DNA of 64,000 nt from NCBI GenBank assembly GCA_963716395.1, contig OY970309.1, positions 2,976,001 to 3,040,000 on the forward strand, in the 5' to 3' direction. Position 1 is the stretch's first letter. The number at the start of each line of letters is the position of its first letter. Of the stretch, positions 58,438 through 64,000 are shown piece after piece. Both the position numbers and the translations under genes were made by a program. Source of the DNA: an uncultured Fibrobacteria bacterium. GTDB taxonomy: Bacteria > Fibrobacterota > Fibrobacteria > UBA11236. The notes under the pieces are model-generated. The model was not told where the DNA came from. It saw only the letters and a program-made list of their open reading frames with translations, and made no database searches.

Positions 58438-60129
58438 CTACATGAAGGGATGTTCATAGCGGTGAGGATGGAATTCGGTTCCCAACTGCGGATCGAGATA
58501 AAACGGTTCCGCATTGCGGGGTGCGCGAAAGTCGAACATATCCTGGATGTTGCCCGCGGTCGCATCGAAAGAACCGCCGCCGATGCGTTCGCCGTTCAGC
58601 CAGTTATCCTCGATAAAACGAACGATGGAAGCCTGCGAGATCCGTTGGTGGCTGACGTAATTGCTTTTCGCGAAGGGCGAGACGACTAGGAAGGGAATAC
58701 GCGTGCCCGGCCCGCAGCGGCCGTTGACCGGCTTGCCGTTCAGGCCTTGCGGCCGGGGGCCGCTGCCGCACTTGCCCGGCCCGTTGAGTTGGTCGGCCGT
58801 CGGATCCAGCGAGGAACTCGTGACGTCGGCGAAGGCGTGATCGTACCAACCGTCGGAATCGTCCCAGGTAATGATGACGACGGTGTTTTCCCATCCGGGT
58901 TGGTGCTGCAGGAAATTAATCAACTCGGTCGTGAAGACCTGTTCGTCCAGCGGATCGGAGTACCCAGCATGGCCATCCTGGTAGGCGGGCGCCTTCAAAT
59001 AGCAAACGGCGGGATAGTTGCCGGCCTTGACCGCGGCGTAAAAATCATGGATGTCGTATGCGTGATTGGCCGGATCGACCTTGGTGGCATCGGCTTCCAG
59101 GGTGTGTCCGATGGCGGCCACGGAACTGGGCCGGGCATGCGTCGGATTCGCCGTGGACTGATAATATTGAAACCAGGCGTGATGGGGAATATAGTCGGCG
59201 ACGGTCGCGTTCACCGTGGAAGAGAATGTGCTGCGGCCGCAGCCCGTGGTTCCATTTTCATTCGTCTGACCGAGATCGAAACCGCCCATGAAGCTGCCCC
59301 AGGAGATTTTCTGGGAATTGAGCAGGTCGCCGATGTTTTTGCCGGTCATCCACACCTGTTCGCTTTGACTCGAACAGACGTCCGCTGCAGGATCGACATC
59401 GTTGATCATGGTGTAGCCGCCCTGGCTATCCGGGACGTAATAGGACGTTTTGGTGCCGTGCAGATTGAACACCATGCCGTTGGTCTGACCCGAGACCGCT
59501 TCCAGCGCGCCCGGGGTGGAGGGGCCGTAGGTGTCGGTATACGCATTGTCATTCATGGCGAAACGCTGTGCGTAATTCCACATCGATGTCACGGTGTTCC
59601 CGTCATAATAACCCATGACCTGACCTTTGGTGCCGAAGGCACCGACCCCGCCCGACGTCGCGGTTCCCGTGTATTTCGGGAACAGGTCCATCGCGCCGCC
59701 GTCATAGGCTTGCTCTTCGGCGGTGTAGGCATGATTCTGATCCGCGGTGCTGGCCTGGGTGCGGTCGAGCCGAAACGGTTCGGCGGCATCGGAACCGTTG
59801 GCCGGGTTGGTAGAATTCGGATTATGGGTCAAAAGATGACTGTTGGCCAAGTTGTTGACCTTGGGTGTGCCGCGTTCGGCGCGAAAATTCGGTTCCCCCC
59901 CAGGATTAGTCGCTGTGGGATAGGTGGCGAAGTAGTGGTCAAAGGAAACATTTTCGTTGTAAATGATGACGAGATGCTTAATCGGGGTCGCGGTTTTAGG
60001 TGCATGTTCGTGTTCGTGCTCATAATGAAAGTCGACTAAAGTTTTTTTCACGGGTGAGGCTTGGGCCAGGGCTACGGACATCACCGCCGATCCCATAAAG
60101 ACCAGCAGATTGGGTGTTGGTTTCGTCAT
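58438..60129 (-). CDS. Secreted phosphoesterase (phospholipase C / AcpA acid phosphatase family)
   Basis: IKHLVIIYNENVSFDHYF, GPSTPG, WDDSDGWYDH, GTRIPFLVVSP; signal peptide ..ALA-Q; start at MTKPTPN. Confidence 0.9.
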   Translation of the reverse strand: MTKPTPNLLVFMGSAVMSVALAQASPVKKTLVDFHYEHEHEHAPKTATPIKHLVIIYNENVSFDHYFATYPTATNPGGEPNFRAERGTPKVNNLANSHLLTHNPNSTNPANGSDAAEPFRLDRTQASTADQNHAYTAEEQAYDGGAMDLFPKYTGTATSGGVGAFGTKGQVMGYYDGNTVTSMWNYAQRFAMNDNAYTDTYGPSTPGALEAVSGQTNGMVFNLHGTKTSYYVPDSQGGYTMINDVDPAADVCSSQSEQVWMTGKNIGDLLNSQKISWGSFMGGFDLGQTNENGTTGCGRSTFSSTVNATVADYIPHHAWFQYYQSTANPTHARPSSVAAIGHTLEADATKVDPANHAYDIHDFYAAVKAGNYPAVCYLKAPAYQDGHAGYSDPLDEQVFTTELINFLQHQPGWENTVVIITWDDSDGWYDHAFADVTSSSLDPTADQLNGPGKCGSGPRPQGLNGKPVNGRCGPGTRIPFLVVSPFAKSNYVSHQRISQASIVRFIEDNWLNGERIGGGSFDATAGNIQDMFDFRAPRNAEPFYLDPQLGTEFHPHRYEHPFM

Positions 60130-60525
60130 GGCAAACTCCGGTTCGTTAAAGGGTGAAGGAAAGACCGACCGCCGACCGAGTTGAGAAGGATGGCATAACC
60201 CTCTTGACTCCATCGACGCCCCAAAGTTAAGCGTGGATCTTGGCGGCGTTTTTCAATGTGGTTGCCGTTTTGTTGAGGTTTAATCACCACGCGTCGTAGT
60301 GGCGTTTTTCGGCGAGGGGCCGGGCGCCGGCTCCGGTCTTGGATAATTGGTTGTCCGGCGAAACGAAGTTGTAACCACGCGAGTTCGAAGGGGCGGGTCT
60401 ACCGGCGGACGAACGCCCGAAGCTCTCCCATCCGTCCCGGTTTTGGAGGCGATTCCGGACCCGGCATTCATCACCGGATACCGCCTGAAGTTGGAAGGAA
60501 TAACGCGATGCGGGAAACTTCGAAG

Positions 60526-62721
60526 TTACGCCGCGAAGCCGTGCAAAAACCGGCGCATCTCCGCGGGGCCGCGCAGGGAATACCGGGCAGCCGAAAAGCG
60601 CCAACCTACACGCACGGTCACGGCTTCGGGCGGTAAAGAACGGAACATGTCTTCGTCGGTTTGATCGTCGCCGGCGGCAAAAATGAAATCGAAATTAGAA
60701 CCGCGCAGCACATCGAGGACGGCCGCGCCTTTGTGCACCCCCGATTGGCGCAATTCGACGACCTTCTTGCCTTCGAGCACCTGCACTTCGAAGTTGGCCG
60801 TATAATGCATCAAATCGTCGACCAACTCTTTGGCGCGCAGCATGCCGATTTCCGGGTCGGCCTTGCGGTAATGCCAGGCCAGGCTGAATTCCTTTTCCTC
60901 GATCAGCGATCCCGGCAACCGGTCGACATAGGTCTGGAAAATGGGGCGCAATTTGTCTTTCCACGCCGGAGTGGTGGGCTTGAGTTGCCGCCACTCGCCC
61001 CCGGGGGGATGCAGCCAGGCCCCGTGTTCGGCAATGCGGCCCAACGGCAATTTTCCCAGCCAGCCGTCGAGCACGCTGCGGCTGCGGCCGCTGACGATGT
61101 AGACGGTGTTGGGAGGACGCGACAGGCGCGTCAGCAAATCAAGTAGCTCGGCGTCGGGTTCGGCTAGATGGGGCAGAGGCGCAAAGGGCACCAGCGTGCC
61201 GTCGTAATCGAGCAGCAGGATCGGCCGGCGGCTGCGGCGGCGCCCGGCCCAAATCTCTTCGGACAGGGATGCGGTCAGGCGTTGCGTGGCGAACAGGTCG
61301 CGCTGCGAGTATCGGCGCTCCAGCGCATCGAGAAAACTGTCGGCCCAGCGCCGCGCATCGTACAGGCGCAGGCGTTCGCGCATGGGACGGTTGCGGCGGA
61401 TGCGCTCGTCTTCGGGCATGGAGATGGCTTCTTGAATGGCGTCGGCCAAATCGCCGCGATGGTTGGGGTTGACCAGCACGGCTTCGCCCAATTCGCGCGC
61501 CGCACCCGTCATCTCGCTGAGAATGAGCACGCCTTTTTCCTCCACCTGGCAGGCGAGATATTCCTTGGACACGAGATTCATCCCGTCGCGCAGCGGCGTG
61601 ATCAGCGCCACGTCGGCCAGGCGATACAACGCCGTCAATTCCTGAAAGTCGAGGTGGCCGTAATGGTACAGAATGGGAACCCAATCCAGCCGGCCGTTGC
61701 GGCCGTTGATGCGCCCCACGATTTCATCCAGTTCCTGCTTCATCTTGCGGTAATGGGGCACTTCTTCGCGCGACGGCACCACGGTCATGATGAAGGTCAC
61801 CTCTCCCAGCCATTCGGGGTGACGCAAAAGAAATTCCTCGAAGCCCTCGAGCCGCTGCACGATGCCCTTGGTGTAATCCAGCCTATCCACCGAAAACACC
61901 ACCCGGCGGCCCTTCATCTCGGCGCGCAAATCGGCGCAAGCCGCCTCGACTTCGGGGCTCAGGGCCGCAGCTTCGAAGCGTGCGAAGTCGATGCCGATGG
62001 GAAAGGTGTCGGCGCGGCGGATCTGTTCATCGACTTGAATCTGACCCAAATGGTGATCGAACCCCAAGGTGCGGTAGACACAGCGCAGAAAATACTGGGT
62101 GTAGTCCTGGGTGTGAAAGCCGATGAGATCGGCGCCCAGCATGCCCAGCAGCAATTCGCGCCGCCAATGGTTGGGCAATAGGCGAAAGAGTTCGAAGGAA
62201 GGGAAGGGGATGTGCAGAAAAAAGCCGAGGCACAAATCCGGCTTTTGTTCCCGCAGCATGCCGGGGAGAAGCAGAAGCTGGTAATCGTGAATCCATACCC
62301 GGTCGCCGGGTTGTAGTTCGGCCAGCAGGGCGTCGCGGAAGCGCTCATTCACGCGGCGGTAGGTTTCCCAGAAGGCCGGATCATAGCTGATGAAAGAAGG
62401 AAAGTAATGGCACAGCGGCCACAGCGTACGGTTGCAGAATCCGAGGTAGAACTGTTTCATTTCCTCTTCGGGCAAAAACACCGGCAGGGCGTTGAACTCG
62501 CGCAGGGCCTGCTCGCGCACGATCGCCTGCTGGTCGGCCTCCACCGTCGCGCCGGGCCAGCCCACCCACACGCAGGAAAAATCCGGGTCTTGTTTTTTTT
62601 CTTCGAGATAGGCCGAGAGGGCCGTGACCAATCCGCCGGAACTGGGCGTGAAATGATAGCCGCCATGCCCGCGTTTGCACGTGAAAGGAAGGCGGTTGGA
62701 AACAATGACGAGTCGCTGCAT
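60526..62721 (-). CDS. Bifunctional trehalose-6-phosphate synthase/phosphatase
   Basis: [42 protein letters not shown] plus HAD motifs LDYDGTL and [10 protein letters not shown]. Confidence 0.95.
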   Translation of the reverse strand: MQRLVIVSNRLPFTCKRGHGGYHFTPSSGGLVTALSAYLEEKKQDPDFSCVWVGWPGATVEADQQAIVREQALREFNALPVFLPEEEMKQFYLGFCNRTLWPLCHYFPSFISYDPAFWETYRRVNERFRDALLAELQPGDRVWIHDYQLLLLPGMLREQKPDLCLGFFLHIPFPSFELFRLLPNHWRRELLLGMLGADLIGFHTQDYTQYFLRCVYRTLGFDHHLGQIQVDEQIRRADTFPIGIDFARFEAAALSPEVEAACADLRAEMKGRRVVFSVDRLDYTKGIVQRLEGFEEFLLRHPEWLGEVTFIMTVVPSREEVPHYRKMKQELDEIVGRINGRNGRLDWVPILYHYGHLDFQELTALYRLADVALITPLRDGMNLVSKEYLACQVEEKGVLILSEMTGAARELGEAVLVNPNHRGDLADAIQEAISMPEDERIRRNRPMRERLRLYDARRWADSFLDALERRYSQRDLFATQRLTASLSEEIWAGRRRSRRPILLLDYDGTLVPFAPLPHLAEPDAELLDLLTRLSRPPNTVYIVSGRSRSVLDGWLGKLPLGRIAEHGAWLHPPGGEWRQLKPTTPAWKDKLRPIFQTYVDRLPGSLIEEKEFSLAWHYRKADPEIGMLRAKELVDDLMHYTANFEVQVLEGKKVVELRQSGVHKGAAVLDVLRGSNFDFIFAAGDDQTDEDMFRSLPPEAVTVRVGWRFSAARYSLRGPAEMRRFLHGFAA

Positions 62722-62829
62722 GCTGTGAAGGGAGAAAATTTTCCGCCCTTGGTTAAGTTAATAGATGCGTTCCGGAAAATTCAGGGCAGGCCGCAAATCC
62801 CCCGCGACATCGGGCGCGTTACGGCCGGA

Positions 62830-64000
62830 TCAGGTTTTGGAAATCGCGAGCTTGAGACCGCATTTTAGCAGCATGGGATCCCATTGCGCCCGCAACTGCC
62901 GGTACTCGTCGGGGTCGACCAGAAACGGTTCGACGCGCCATTGCTGGCGCAAGACGATGGTCTCGGGAGAATTCTGCTCGATGGAGAATTTCCAGCGCAG
63001 GTTCTCCTCTTCCAACTCGCGCGCCAGCGACAGCGATTTCCAGGCATAGCCCGCGGGCAGCCGGTAAGTCCAAACCGACTCCACCGTGACTTCGTGGGGA
63101 AAGTACACGGGAGTGCGCCGCTGATCGGGGTCGGGAAAGCGCAGAAAGCTCAGCTCGAGTTTGGGAAAATAATTGAAGGTGCGATCCCCGTTGAGATAGG
63201 GGAAACGGCTATGATACCGGAGCACCAGGATGAGCGGATCGTCGGGTTGGTACTCGTTCAGGATGCGAAATGAGTCTTCGGTGAAGGCGGTATAGCTCGA
63301 AGCCAGCCAGCTCAGGAGGCTCTGCGCGCGCGACGCCGCTTTCCAGCGATCGAGGCGGTCGCGGAATTCGTCGGCCGCCATACCTGTAAGCACCAGGCTG
63401 TCGCGCCCCAGCGCCGTGCCGTCGGCCTGCACCACGAGGTCATGGAACACACGCACGCTGTGTTCCCCCGAGGAATCGAGTTCGGGAATGGTGAGCAGGC
63501 GCGGATTCTCGGGATCGAGATCCAAGGTGTTGCGCCCTTCCAGATCGAGCGGATAACGGCGAAAGGCCGCGGTTTTCTCCGACGGGTCGAGATAATAGGG
63601 GCCCAGACCGCGCTGTATGGGAATATGCACGATCATGTGGTTGAACTGGTTGATGTTGGGCTGGCCCACGTCGCCTTCGCGGTCGAGGTTTACCAGCGAA
63701 AGATGGGCTTCGATGCCGCGTGCCTCCAGCATCTGCGTCAACAGTAGGGCTTCGCCCTTGCAATCGGCGCGGCGTGCGGCCAGCACCTCCACGGTCGAAT
63801 CGGGAATGCTGGCATTGAGGTTGAATTCGTAATTATCGTAACGGATGGAATCGCGTACGAAGCGGAAGAGGTCGCGCACCACGTCGGCATCGTGGAAGGG
63901 GCCGGTCAATTCCCCGGCTTCTTCGCGCGCCGCCAGCGACGGCTGGGCGGGATGGATGCCGGCCTTGTCCAGTTGCCGCAGGTAACGCAGCCCCACCTCG
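62830..64000 (-). CDS. Transglutaminase-like domain protein (3' part; start outside window)
   Basis: FVRDSIRY and catalytic-type ADCKG / FNHMI / LDPS. Confidence 0.85.
   Translation of the reverse strand, partial: EVGLRYLRQLDKAGIHPAQPSLAAREEAGELTGPFHDADVVRDLFRFVRDSIRYDNYEFNLNASIPDSTVEVLAARRADCKGEALLLTQMLEARGIEAHLSLVNLDREGDVGQPNINQFNHMIVHIPIQRGLGPYYLDPSEKTAAFRRYPLDLEGRNTLDLDPENPRLLTIPELDSSGEHSVRVFHDLVVQADGTALGRDSLVLTGMAADEFRDRLDRWKAASRAQSLLSWLASSYTAFTEDSFRILNEYQPDDPLILVLRYHSRFPYLNGDRTFNYFPKLELSFLRFPDPDQRRTPVYFPHEVTVESVWTYRLPAGYAWKSLSLARELEEENLRWKFSIEQNSPETIVLRQQWRVEPFLVDPDEYRQLRAQWDPMLLKCGLKLAISKT

Noticed and set aside
60130-60525. Small ORFs or ncRNA between the phosphoesterase and TPS/TPP genes
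   Set aside because: No RBS-supported ORF, motif or recognisable RNA structure.
60526-62721. TPS/TPP fusion as a novelty
   Set aside because: Fused enzymes are already well known in several bacterial and archaeal groups.

Overview
This is a 64-kb, high-GC, gene-dense bacterial chromosomal window. Several secreted proteins end in a 'DxxGr...GxY' C-terminal sorting-type domain, and flgM and type IV pilus genes are present. Together these suggest a motile FCB-group bacterium, most plausibly a free-living Fibrobacterota (inference). The left third holds an uncharacterised minus-strand sugar-catabolism operon (RhaD-like aldolase/SDR, Gfo/Idh/MocA, TIM-barrel isomerase, PMI-like cupin, mutarotase-like protein) and a secreted PQQ-type dehydrogenase. 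It continues with an AT-rich regulatory stretch, a pseudo-receiver protein, pepP-leuD-leuC-tlpA, and pilB-pilT-pilC-pilS-STAS-flgM with a sigma-28 promoter. The middle holds hldD, nth, a 1,350-aa secreted protein plus partner, a DUF151 nuclease, ychF, a VOC gene followed by an attC-like site, a ChaN-like protein, a 7-blade beta-propeller, fadD-fadN-fadA and Rrf2-sucCD-mdh. The right part holds a minus-strand run of ilvD, S8 protease with dockerin, cohesin protein, ABC transporter, aminotransferase, Ser/Thr kinase, yraN and tsaC. It ends with arsM behind a double operator and probable arsR remnant, a phosphoesterase plus MauG/BthA-like diheme pair, a TPS/TPP fusion and a partial transglutaminase. 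The best candidate for an undescribed system is the translationally coupled dockerin-bearing subtilase and stand-alone cohesin protein, possibly a non-cellulosomal cohesin-dockerin protease complex. No rRNA, tRNA, CRISPR array or transposase was recognised by eye. All calls are motif-based; no searches were run.
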